Part shown: positions 1-12,628 of the stretch, in pieces
Numbering within the stretch: position 1 is the first letter of the stretch
Layout: the number at the start of each line of letters is the position of its first letter
NCBI GenBank assembly: GCA_002104945.1
Contig: MCFH01000045.1
Coordinates: 310,001-374,000 of the forward strand
Reading direction: 5' to 3'
Length of the DNA stretch: 64,000 nt
Origin: Piromyces finnis finn
Taxonomy: Eukaryota; Fungi; Neocallimastigomycota
Made by a program: the position numbers and the translations under genes
The notes under the pieces: generated by a model
The model's input: only the letters and a program-made list of their open reading frames with translations
What the model was told of the DNA's origin: nothing
The model's database searches: none

Positions 1-498
1 AGAAAAATAAAATATACTAATATAATATATATTACATAATTACTGTCTTTGATAATTGATAAAAACTTTACTCTCTTTTTGTATATATCTATATGAATAT
101 TTCATTTAAACCTTCGAAGCATTAGATATTACCGAATAATAAATTTGCTTAAAATTGAAAATTCTTTATTTTAGAAAAAAAAATATATTCCTTTTATAAA
201 AGTAGATAAAATGACTTTTTAATTAATTAGAACCAAAAGAGACTTTTAAAAATTATTTCTTTTCTTAAAAACTTTTTAATTTGAATGGTTTGTTTTAAAA
301 ATTATTAATTAAAAAATATATATATATATAATCATTGAGAGTAAAGAAAATATGCCTTCAATTTAACTGGTACCCAAAATGGTACCTTTAAAAACCATGT
401 TTTGAATAGAATATAATAATAGAAGGAACTGTCATGATGCTACCCTCTCATATAGATTTCAATATTACTTTTTTGATAAAATTAAAAATTAACTTGAT

Positions 499-511
499 TA
501 TTAAATGACTA
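499..511 (+). repeat. Left target-site duplication (TATTAAATGACTA) of the SINE-like element
   Basis: Exact 13-nt match to 1073-1085, directly abutting the element. Confidence 0.9.
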
Positions 512-1072
512 GTCGTTCCAGTTTTTATCCTGGTTGTTAAGGCGTTGCCTTAGTATACATAAGGCTTCTGGTTCGACCCCGCAGATGTCAGTGCCTGTGG
601 ATTTTCCCACTGGGTTTGCCATGGGTTGGGTTATGATATTCAGGTAAGTATAAATGAACTTTCTAATTTACTACTATGATAATAACACTCGTCTAGCCGG
701 CCTGAGAGGGTCTAGTGTACATGGTACATTCCAAATTAGAACTTAATAAGTGGTGACTTAGGCTATGCCAAAAACACATAATATTCCTTAATCAATTTAA
801 GTGTAAACATTAGGGGGCGGTTGACACGTGATCAAATTGACTATAAGAGGCTTAGCATTGTAGTTGTGAAATATCGTACAACGACATGCATCTAATGTAC
901 ATGGATTAAGTGAGCGTCGAAGCTGAAGAAACAGTATGACAGACCAGGAGGGTCACAACCACCTAGCAATAGGAATGAGCCAACGTTTCTCTAAGAACCA
1001 CCATTGGAGCTAACTCTGATCGATGGGAGAAATGCACTCGGAAGTTAAAAAAAAAAAAAAAAAAAAAAAAAA
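512..1072 (+). mobile_element. SINE-like retroposon: tRNA-derived head, GC-richer body, 26-nt poly(A) tail, 13-bp TSD
   Basis: GC-richer island in AT-rich DNA. B-box-like GGTTCGACCCC at 570-580, preceded by a tRNA-D-loop-like GTTAAGGCG and a GCCTTA/TAAGGC hairpin with a 7-nt loop. A26 at 1047-1072. Identical TATTAAATGACTA at 499-511 and 1073-1085. Confidence 0.85.
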
Positions 1073-1085
1073 TATTAAATGACTA
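1073..1085 (+). repeat. Right target-site duplication (TATTAAATGACTA) of the SINE-like element
   Basis: Follows the poly(A) tail immediately; identical to 499-511. Confidence 0.9.
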
Positions 1086-2067
1086 TTTAATATTAATATA
1101 AAGTAATATATAAAATCAATAAAAGATTATATATTATTATATATTGAAAATAAATTACCAATAAAATAAATCTTCAAAATATCTTTTTTTAAAATTTTAT
1201 TTTTTTTTTTTTTTCGAATTAAAAAGTTTAAACTTTATGTAATATGTAAAAAAAAAAAAAAGAAATATTTAAGAAGAAAAAAAAGTAAGATTTCTAAAGA
1301 AAATAGAAATATTATAAATTAAAATAAAAAGATAAATAAAAAGAAAAAAAAATAAAAATCTCTTATATATTAAGCAACCACCACCACAACAACATTTATT
1401 TAATCTAATAAAAAAAGATTTTATAAAAAAAAAAAATTTAAGCAATTAAAAATTGTTTTACATTTAAAAACAAACATTTAATATTTCAATTAAATTTAAA
1501 ACAATAAAAAGTTTAAAATTTTTATTTGTTAAATATAAATTACATTTTACAAATTTATCAAAATAAAATAAAATAAAAATAAATACATTTTAAAAAAATA
1601 TAATACATAAAAAAAAAAAGAGAGAGAAAACTTATATAAAAAATTCAATTTAAAATAATCTCACTTTTAACATTTAATCGGATAAAAATAAGACAAAACT
1701 ATATTTAATATCTATTGAGAAATTTAAAAGTGGAAATATTGCAAATACTCAATAAATATTACATACTAATTGTAAATTAAACGTTATGGACAAAGTTGAC
1801 ATAATTAAAAGCAATTTAATTAAACATTATTTAAGTAAAATACCTATTTCTCTTATGTATTGCTTTTATAATATAAAATAAAATAAAGATTTTAAATCAT
1901 TTCAAACTTATATATATTTAATATTTTATTATACATATTTGCTATATATTTTTTTTTATTATATATATATTATAAATTAATTCTATCTAGAATTGAAATA
2001 AAATAAAATAATAATAAAAGTAAATAAAATAAAATAATATAAATAATATATAAATAAAAAGGAAAGC

Positions 2068-4020
2068 ATGAATAGAAGAAGAAATGAAAAGAATGTGTTA
2101 AACATGAGAAACGAAATAACTTTTCATAGAGCAAATTCTAGAACACCAACTAATAAGGATATAAAAATTATTAAAAATATGTTCCCAGAATTTAATAATA
2201 ATTACATAAAAGAATTATTACAAAAAAATAATCTTAATAAAGAATTAACAATTGAGGAATTATTAAGTGAACGCTTTATTCAACAAAATTTAACTTCAGA
2301 CGATATAAAAAGAAATACTAAATTATTAGGAATATATAATGTAAAAATAAAAAAAAAATATTATCTTCCTTAATTAAAAATTAAATATTAATAAATTTTG
2401 AAATTACCAATGTTTACTAATATAAATATATTTAATAACTTTTCTATATAATAATTTTAAAATAAATCAAAATAAAATATCTTATCAATAAAAATTATAT
2501 AAAATATATTCATTAAACATATAAAGAGTAATACTGATGAACAAGAACAAGAAGTAATCATTGGTGATATCACTAATATTATGGTAAATGATATCGCAAA
2601 TAAAAAAATATGTATTCCAAAAAGAGAAACTTCTTCCAATTCCTTAATATCTACAACTACTCCAGAAGAACCAAGGGCTGATTCAATAAAAAGTAACGAT
2701 AACGAAAATTCACATCATAAAAAAAAAAAGAGAAATAGAAAATCAAAAAAAAAAGGTTCACAACTTTCAAAAGATAAAGAAGAAAATGAGGAGGAAAAAA
2801 ATATGGAAGATAAAAATAGTAAAAATTCAGATATAAAACCAACAATTCAAAGTTACTATAAATTAAGTGAAATAAAAACTATGTTTCCAAATATTTCAGA
2901 CCGTCTTTTAATTTTAACACTCCAAGTAAATAAAGGCAATATCGATGAGGTCATAAATTATTTATTAATGCATAATAATATTAAAGATGAAATTAACGAA
3001 GAAGATATATGTCGTAGTTTAGAATTACAATTAAAAAATGAACAAGGTGATCCATCTCCATGTGATGGAAATTGTATAGAACAAGGTTATCCATGCTTTA
3101 TTCATAGTCGTTTGATTTTAACCAAAGAAGACGAATATAATACCCTTTCTCTATCAGAAATTATGAAAGTGTGGAATAAATTTGAACTTATGGATCGTAA
3201 TGCTAATATTGGTTTTTCTGATCAGAACCAAGCTATTAAATACTATACTGAAGATAATGAGGAAATAGAATTTTTAATTTTGAATAGAATAAAAGAAGCG
3301 GAAAAAGCAATGACACCAGAAGAAAGAAAACATCAAGATGATGTGGAATACTTTAGAAATTGTGAAGAAAAACTTAGGAGTAGTAAATATAAATTCTTTA
3401 ATGAAGCTAGTAAAAAATATAAGTCAGGTGGTATGACTGGTTTTTCATCTGCAGCATATTATAGTGCTGAAGGTCGTCAGTTACAAGATGAAATTGAAAA
3501 GGTTAAATTATTGGCGATAAGTGCCCAAATTAGAAAGAATGAAAAGAGTTATATGCAAAACAATGGATTAAATAGTTTTTGTGGCGTTGATTTACATGGT
3601 CTCACTGTAAAAGAAGCAATTCCCTATTTGAGTGATATGTTAGTTATTTGGAAAACTGAAGTTATGAAATATAATCCAAGATTACAAAAGAAGAATGTCA
3701 CTGTTAATGCTGCTATCAATACCACAACAGAAACTTATGATTTTAGAAGTTCACAATGTAAATCTTTCTCCAAAATTGTTTCTTCAGCTCCAAAGGCAAA
3801 ACCTACCATTTACCATAATGTCAAAATTAATAAAGTAGATAGTTTAAAGAAAAGAACAAAATGTATCTATCCTAAAGTGTTTAATATTATTACTGGGCGT
3901 GGTATTCATTCAGATGCCAATATTGGTGCTCGTTTGAAACCAAGTATTTTGAACTATCTAAGAAAAAATAATTATAATTTTATTGAAGTTAATTCAGGTA
4001 GTATTGAAGTACGCCTCTAA
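2068..4020 (+). CDS. CUE2: CUE-domain / DUF1771-Smr domain protein (Cue2/N4BP2-like endonuclease); probably 2 exons
   Basis: Two CUE-like segments (IKNMFPEFNNNYIKELL, IKTMFPNISDRLLILTLQVNKGNIDEVINYLL), AYYSAEGR, and Smr motifs VDLHGL and IITGRGIHS. A phase-0 GT-AG intron at about 2341-2526 joins the two ORFs in frame. Confidence 0.8.
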
Positions 4021-4412
4021 ATGATTATTATTCTTCTTCTTCTTAATAGTAATCCTAACATAATTATGTACTCAACAATTTTAAGTTATCGATCAGCCTA
4101 TTATTTTTATAGATATAAATAGATAAATATATAATATAGTATACATTACACATTCCTTTCTTTTTTTTTTTTTTTTTCCTTTTGTTTGTTTATTTTTCGT
4201 TTTTTTGTTTTTAGATTACTAATTAAAATAATTTTAAGAATATCTTTAAATAATTTTCTAATTATATAATAGTTTTTATTTTTATATTAAATTTCAGTAA
4301 ATTTATTATTCTTTCTTTCTTTTTTACCTATGTATCGTTTTATTTTAAAAATAATTAAGTTGTAACCATTTTTTAACTTTTATAAAATTTCAGTTCATTT
4401 TCTCTCGGTATC

Positions 4413-4448
<36 letters not shown>

Positions 4449-5007
4449 GTATATAATGTATATTATATTGTTCATTATAATAATCCATAAAATAAGAACA
4501 AAATCTATTTATAAATAAGCCAACAAAAATAATAAAATAACAAAATATAAAAAAAGAATAATTTTTACTAATGATTTATATCCTATCCAAAAAATATTTT
4601 TCTTATATTGCTTTTCTTTATCTTTCTTTCTATAACCTTGTCTTTATTTATTATTATAAAATATACTCTCTTGAATGAAATAAATTATTAGCTAATATTA
4701 TGGCTATTTAAAAATTAAAAATCAAAAAAAAAAAAAAAAAAATTATTTTTATTTTTTTATTTTTTTTATTTTTATTATTTGCAAATATCTATTTTAAATA
4801 GAAATAAATTTATATATTTAATTATTATTATGATAAAATAAAAAAAATATTTGGTATAATAAATAAAAATATTTTATTTTTTCAAATTTCTATTTTTTTG
4901 TATCTTGTTGCTTTTTTTTTTTTTTTTTACTTTTTTTTAATGTAAAGCTTTTTCATTTATTAAATTTCAATCTAATATTTTCATCTTTTCTTTTTCACTT
5001 TCTTTAC

Positions 5008-6063
5008 TTAGTTCTTCTTTTGTTGTTGGGCAGCAATATTTGGATCAGTACCGATCTTAATAACAAAGTCACGGATTTTTACATAAGCATTTTGAGCAAA
5101 GGCTGGAACCTTTTCATTACCTAATAATTTAGAATCAAGAGTAAGACGAAGTGAAGTGAATTCTCTTTGAACTAATGGTGAAGAAATGTAACGGAAACGA
5201 AGGAATTGAACAAAAATGAATGGTTGAACAAAGGAGGCACGTCTGAAAAGAACCATAAGAATTAATAATGGAAGAATACCAACAACTTCAAGTCTAGCAA
5301 TGAATTGAACAGTAATTGGTTGGTAAGTATTAATAAAGTTTCTTATCTTTATAATTAAAGCTTTTTGACTTTCGGTTTGGTTTGGAACAAATAATGGTAA
5401 TAAAACACTAATAATGTATTCTAAGGCATGGAAGAGAGAGAAAATAGCATATGGTAAAAGAAGAACTATTTTATATAATTATTAATTTTGAATAAAATAA
5501 AACCAAAAGAAAAAGTTAATAATAAGATCATATAACACCTTTATTTATTTATTTATTTATACATACCAAAGAATGGTGGAGAGGTCATCCAAACAAAAGC
5601 TAAAATCATGTATTGAAGATTTTCATCATTAGTAAGTCTCATCCAATACATTTTATTTAATTTTGGGGCCTTATATATAGTTATTCAATGAGATATGAAT
5701 GTTACATATATATTTTCAAAATAAATATTTACATTTTAGTCAGGTTTTGATTTCCTATAATAAATACATTTTTTTTGAAATATTAATAAAATTGTCAAAT
5801 TATAGTAATACTTACACCATATAACTTATAAAGAACAATACTGTAACTTAATAAAACACCCATAAAGGCTCTTTTATAAAAAGACATAAATGGTCTATAT
5901 AAAGCAGAGAAGATATATAATACAGTACAAAGAACTATTTTTTTTTTAATTATTTAAAATATAATATATAATTTTGCTTTAATGGGCTGAAGAATTGTTT
6001 CTCTTTTTTTTTTTTTTTTAACAATTCAATAATTCAATTTTAATTTCTTTTTTACAATTGTTT

Positions 6064-6100
<37 letters not shown>

Positions 6101-6268
6101 CAACATTATTGAATAATTTTAAAATATTACAACTAATTTTCATTAGTTTTTTTTAATATGTTTAATATAATATTAATTACCTGTTGTTAAATGACCCATA
6201 AACCAAACATATTGAAGGTTCATAAGAGAAGAAAATTTAGAAGTTTTATTAGCTTGAGCTTCTGGCAT
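5008..6268 (-). CDS. POM33: TMEM33/Pom33 family (UPF0121) ER/nuclear-envelope membrane protein; multi-exon
   Basis: Spliced product MPEAQANKTSKFSSLMNLQYVWFMGHLTT-VLCTVLY...YKLYG-APKLNKMYWMRLTNDENLQYMILAFVW...FLRFRY. The W-F-x-G-H, DENxQY and FLRFRY motifs are characteristic of the family. GT-AG introns keep the frame. Confidence 0.8.
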
Positions 6269-7606
6269 CTTTAATATTCAAGTAGGATAAAGAATAGTTT
6301 TAAAACAATTTAATATGGTTTCTATTTTGATAAAAATAAATGAAAAATAAAAAATACTATTATACCTTGGTTATTATTTTTTATTTTTTATTTTTTTATT
6401 TTTATTTGTTATTATTGCTATTTTTTTTTTTTTTTTTTTTTTTGTTTTTGTTTTTGTTTTATTTTTTTTAATTTTATTATTATTACTTTATTTTTGTTGA
6501 ATGAAAGAATTTATAAAAAGTGTTAAAAAAAAAAATAATGGTAAGAAAAAGGCAGAGTTAATTAATTTTATATTGTAATAAATTTCTGATTTGCTTTTTT
6601 TTTTTTTTTTAATTAAACATATCATTATATCTTAATGAAATATTAGTATTCGTATCTACATAATTAGTTTAATTCACAAGCCATACTTTTTATTTAGTTT
6701 TCGAATAAATTATTCCAATTATTTATTGTATATTGTATTTTAATATAATATTTTATTTATTAATTATTATTTGCCACAATAAAATATAATAAAGTATTGG
6801 AAAATCATAGAAGAAAAACAAGTAATGATGAATATCAAAAATTCTATCTTTTTTTCGATTTTAAAAGAATATTATAAATTATCATTTTATATTTCAATAC
6901 ACTACCTATTTCCACTGATATAGAATTGGTCATAAATAAATAACAAAATATCAAGTTTTATTTTATTTTATTTTTTTTTTTTAACTTGTTGCTATCCAAC
7001 TAACCATTATTTTTTTTATATATATAAAAGATTTTTTCGCAAACAACTTCATTCAACAATAAAACATGAGGTCATGTATAGAATAAATATTTAATAGTGA
7101 TTTTTTTTTTAATTTTTAGTTTTATTGTTTTATTATTATTGTTTTATTAATATAATTTTAAAATTATAATATTAATAATAATAATAAAAAAAAAAAAGAA
7201 AGAAAGAAAGAAAACGATAGAATAAATGTATTTTAAAATATTTTATTATAAAATATATATATGTTTATATTTATATATATATGAATAAAGATGCTAATGC
7301 CATGAATGTCTTAATACTTTATATAAACTCTAAAATTATACTCAAATTTACTCTATATTTTTATCATCACCATTATTATTTTCTATTAACAAATAAATAT
7401 TATAAAATATTAAACCCAATTATTATTAATGGCATTAGTGTTTCATAGGAAGAAAAAAAAAAAATTATAGTAATTAATAAAATATATAGTTATGGATAGA
7501 TTATAGTGTTATGGATATAAAATAAAAATTATTAAATTTTCATTTTTTATTCAATAATAATTTTCGGCGGTATTTCAGTCATTGTCTTCATTACTACGAT
7601 TATGAT

Positions 7607-10545
7607 TTAATGAGTAAATCTATACATTTCCCTTTCTAATTCTGATCCATCATTATTATTAGCAATAGGTGATGAAATATATTCATTTTTTGTAATATAA
7701 TCATTTTTTACTGCATTTAAATCTCCCTTTGCTTTTTCTGCATTTTTTAAATCATCTTTAATACTATTGGTACTTGCAGTTTTTTCGGTTAATTGCTTAA
7801 TGTCTTCTTCATCATAAAAATTTATATTTTCTTCACTACTACTTAATTCTAAATCATCATTAGTATTTGCACTAGTTTTACTTTCAAGAAAAGCAAAAAG
7901 TGTATTTCTTTTATTAGTGGTATAATTAATGTAATTTTTTGCAACACTATAGTTACTTATATTACTGTCTTCATTTTCATCTTTATCAGAGTAGGTAAAT
8001 GAAGTAGCATTACTAAAATGTCCGCTAATGTCTTTTTCTTTTTGTAATGTATTAAATTCATTATTGACTTGCTTGGAATTTAATGGATCATTAATATCAT
8101 CATCTATTGATTTTTTTCTTAAATTTAATTCTTGAAGAATAATACTATCTACATCATTATCTTGTTCAATGTCAGTTAAATCTAAATCTGGATATATTAG
8201 GGTATTTTCATGTTCATCACTTGAATAATAATTATCATAGTATGTGTCATTAGTTACACTAGTAGAGTTTTCCATTATACTATCATTTATTCCACTAGAT
8301 ATATAAGAAACATTATTAGCATGAGTTGTATCAGTCAAATATGAAGTATTAGCATCATAATTTTTTTGTACATCATTATAACTAGAATAACTGGTATCAT
8401 ATGTATGGGTTTCTGGAGTTAATGGAGGATTGGTGTCAATAATTACAGTATCAGTGCCACTATCAATATTAATGGTTGTATAATCATTTTCGCAATGACC
8501 AATTGGAATATTATTATAGCCAATTTGTTCTGGTAATTGTATATTTTCCATTTCAATTTCATTTTGATAAAGAAGTGGATTTTTAGAGGAAGATGGATCA
8601 TTTATTGGAGAATCAACATCATCATTTAAAAAAACGGTTTTTCTTAAATCACTACGGCTATGGTTATAACCAGTCTTTGTTTTGTTGATAATTTTCATAA
8701 TACTATTTCTTGGATTAAATTTATTCCAAACTGATTTAGTCTTTTCTTTCTTTGTAGCATTAGTATGAATGTAGGTAGTGGCATTACTATCATTAAGACA
8801 TTTGGATAAAGACTTGGATTGACGATCACTTAATTTATAGTCAAGAGAAATCATTTTATTTTTATAACTAGAATTCATTAATTTAGTTACTTCTTCCTCA
8901 ATCTTTACTAAATCAGGTCTTTTCTTTGATTGATTATTCCAACAATTTAAGATCAAATCATGATAACGACTTGGTATAGTATTTCCAACTTCAGGTCTTA
9001 ATTGATTTTCGACAATTACTTTTTATTTACAATGAAATTATTGTTTTTGCCATTATAATTTTTTTTTTTATTTTTTAAAAATTTATAAATATATATAAAA
9101 ATATTTAGAATATTTTTTAATAAATATGATCATTTATTATTATTTACAATATATAATATATATAATATATATTATTTTTTTTTTATTTCCTAAATACTTA
9201 CAATTATATAATTTTAAAAGTTCATTATTTTGTGAATGACGTTCCACCCTTCCTGGACGATTTAAATTTAATTTATAGTTATCATTTATGTAATGAGTAG
9301 ATTGTTGAATTTTATTATATGATTCTAATAATTCTATTTCTTTATTTCTTTCCTCAATTTTCTTTTTAAATTCATATGGCATTTCCTTTGTATTGTCATT
9401 TTGTATTGGTAATATTGGTGATAATTCACTATCTTCACCATATCCATTTTTAGCATGACTATTATTATTTAAGATAACATTGTTCAATTTAATATTATTT
9501 ATTTCTTTAAATTCTTTTAAGAAAGGTGTTTCATTATATGCAATTTGCCATAATAAAAGACCAAATGAATAAATATCATCTTCAAAAGAATATCCATTAT
9601 TTGGATATTTAATACAATCAGGTGATGTGTAACTGGCATAAAATTCATTTGGACTTATTATACTTCTTTCACTAAATGATGGAATAACAGAAAAATCAGA
9701 TAATGACAATTCAATATCTAAATTATTACTTTTATTTCTTGAACTTCTTGAGCTTCTTGCATTTTGCTCTTGTTCTGATTTCTTAAATACTTTTTTTTTT
9801 TTATAAATTTATAAATATATTACAATATATCAAATATAGTGGTTAATATCAAAATTTAATATATTTTTCGTAAATGAAAAAAAAAAAATTTATCTTATAT
9901 TAATATTAATGCTAAATTTTACCTAATATATTTTCAGCTTTTAATGCTGAATGGCATATTGTTTTACAATGTAAATTTTGTATACCATTAAGTATGGTAT
10001 TAACTATTTCCAGTCTATCCGAATAATTTAAATTTTTATGTTCTTTTAAATAGTTATCTAAATTTCCATAACTAGCTAATTCCTATTTTGTTGTATGTAT
10101 TTTTTATATATATTATTAATAAAAATAATTACCCTTTTTACCTTTCTTTTTACTACACACATTTTTAATATTATAATATCAATAATAATATAAAACTTAC
10201 TGATAGTGTGGCATAACCAGTGATTATTTCACCTTCTGGTAAAAATATATTATCTAAGTAAATCATTTTATACTTATGAAGTATAGAACGTCTTCCTCGA
10301 TAGCTTCTATATAAATCATCTACATTTTCAGGATTATTTGTACTATATTTAATGAGATTTTCTATAAACCTCTTTGAATAGGAAGGTTTCAATATTTTTA
10401 ATGCATAAAGTTCCTTACTAGTCGAATTTAAATCGATAACTTTATAAACATATCCATAACTACCTTCACCTATCTTTTCTCCAATAACATATTGTTCATT
10501 ATTGAATAATTCAAAATTATAAGTATTTTTAATCACATCGCTCAT
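7607..10545 (-). CDS. Protein-kinase-fold protein (TKL-like), probable pseudokinase, with a long acidic low-complexity C-terminal tail; 4 exons
   Basis: GEGSYG G-loop, YALK, ELASYGNL hinge, HSALKAENIL in place of HRDLKxxN, DFS in place of DFG, DIYSFGLLLWQI, LNCWNNQSKKRP. Exons join with canonical GT-AG introns. Confidence 0.8.
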
Positions 10546-12628
10546 TTTTCTTTTTACTTCGTATTATTTTATTATAAGATTATTTTATTTAAATTTCTGT
10601 GAATTAATATTCCTGATTTTTTTATTTTTTTTTTTTTTTAAAAAAAAAAACTACTAAAATTTAAAATTTTATTAAAAGTTATTGTTATAGAATTATTTCT
10701 TTTAAAAGAAAAATATTATATAATAAATTAATAATTTATATCTTAAATATATTTTTAATTATTTACAATAATAATATTGAAAAGTTTTTTTTTTCTCTTT
10801 TTTTAAAGATTTATATTTTTCTAATTTCAATAATTAGGAATTAATACTTTAATTAAAATTATTAATAATAATTAATTTTTTAATCCAAAGCTTTCTTACA
10901 ATAATTATTATTTCTTTAAACTCGATTCTTAATAACAATAATAATTATTATTAAGTTTTTCTTTTAAATACCGTTTTATTATTTAAATCTTCAGAAAAAA
11001 AAATAAAAATAAAAAACTTATTTATTTTACAATCTTATTATATTATACAAGCTTAAATAATAAAAAAAAAAATATATATGCTGTTAAAAAAGTCCAAAGG
11101 AAGAATTACTCCCTTTTATATAATAAATACAATTTTTTATATATTTTTTAAAAAATGATTATAATTAAAATTACATAATAATTATTAAATTAAATATTTA
11201 TTATTATTTAAATTTAAAATTTGAATAATTATTATATTAAATTAATCATATTAATTCCCATTATTTTTGATATATTAATAGTATAATTGTCATAATTGAA
11301 TAAAAGCATATAAAGATTATATATCTTTTTTATTTCATTATAATTTCCATTATCATTATCAATTATATTTATTATAATTTAAAAAAGTTTGCAATATGTT
11401 TTTATATATAATATTACTATCTTTTTTTCCAACGAATACTTCTTTATATATTATTATAAAAAAAATAATCTTTCTTTATATTATTTTCTTTTAAAAAAGG
11501 ATTATCAATAATTAATTTAATTTAAAAGAATATTAAAATTTAATATATATAAAATGAAATATTATATTGGAATATATTGTAAAATATATTATCAAATAGG
11601 ATTTTGATTTTACAATAAATAAAATTAATTTATAAATTAGAATTATAATTGAATGCTTTACATTTATCATATATTAATTAATGAATTGATACATTAAAAT
11701 TTATATAAGATATATTAAAAAAGAAAGTCAATCTATATAAATTTATATTAAATTATAATAAATAAAGTCTATATAGATTAATACATTACAACAGTATATT
11801 GCAATTAGACTTTCTGAATTTATGAAATTCAGCAGCATTAAATTGTTGTATGAAAGAAAAAAAAAAAGTCATAAATACTATACAAATAAAAATATTAAAA
11901 TAATAATTATATGGTAAAGATAAAAGAATCGCAAGCAATAGAATTGTAATAAATAATAAAACTGGAAAAAAAAATAAAATAGAAAAAAACTATTTAATTT
12001 ATATATTCAGTGTGAAGTATAATGTAACAAAAGAGAATAAAAAAATCTATTAAAAATTTTAATACTGTGGATATTCAGTAATTTAAAAAAAAAATTAAAG
12101 ATTAAAATTAATATATATTAATATATAATTTATATAAAATATAATATAATCTATTATATTCCATTATATATAATAATAATATTCAGACCTTCCGTTATTT
12201 AAAAAATTTTTGTAATTGCCGTTTTTTACTTTAATAATCTTTTTTTAAATATTGTAAATAAACTAATTTTTCTTTCAATGATTATTAATAAATAAAATAA
12301 CATGTAAAATACACTTTTTATTATTAAGCATGAAAATGTATTGTTAAAAGAAAGTTAAATTAGTAATAAAATTTTAATATAATAAAAAATAGTTGTTTCC
12401 ATTTAAAATATATATAGAAATAGTTTTGAAGGATATACAAAACTTATTATTTTTATTTACTTTTCTTTTACTGTTATTTTTATGTGTTTTTTTATTATTA
12501 TATATACAAGGATAAAGGTTTTTGAAAAATCTTTATTTCATTTATCTAAGTATTTATTTCGTTGAAAATTTTAAGTTTTCTCTTTATAAAATAAATATTA
12601 TTTATCATTTTGTTATTTTTAAATTTAT

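Noticed and set aside
512-600. Functional tRNA gene
   Set aside because: It has a B-box and an anticodon-like arm but no acceptor stem, a broken T-stem and no Pol III terminator. It sits at the head of a TSD-flanked poly(A) element, so it is better explained as a SINE head.
915-945. Hammerhead ribozyme in the SINE (CTGAAGA…GAAAC)
   Set aside because: GAAA overlaps the CTGAnGA box, leaving no stem II, and I could not build stems I and III.
10132-10140. 9-nt microexon (GTAAAAAGG) in the kinase intron
   Set aside because: It has AG/GT flanks, but direct splicing gives YATLS|ELASYGNL, which already fits the beta5-hinge spacing. Inserting VKR worsens the fit.
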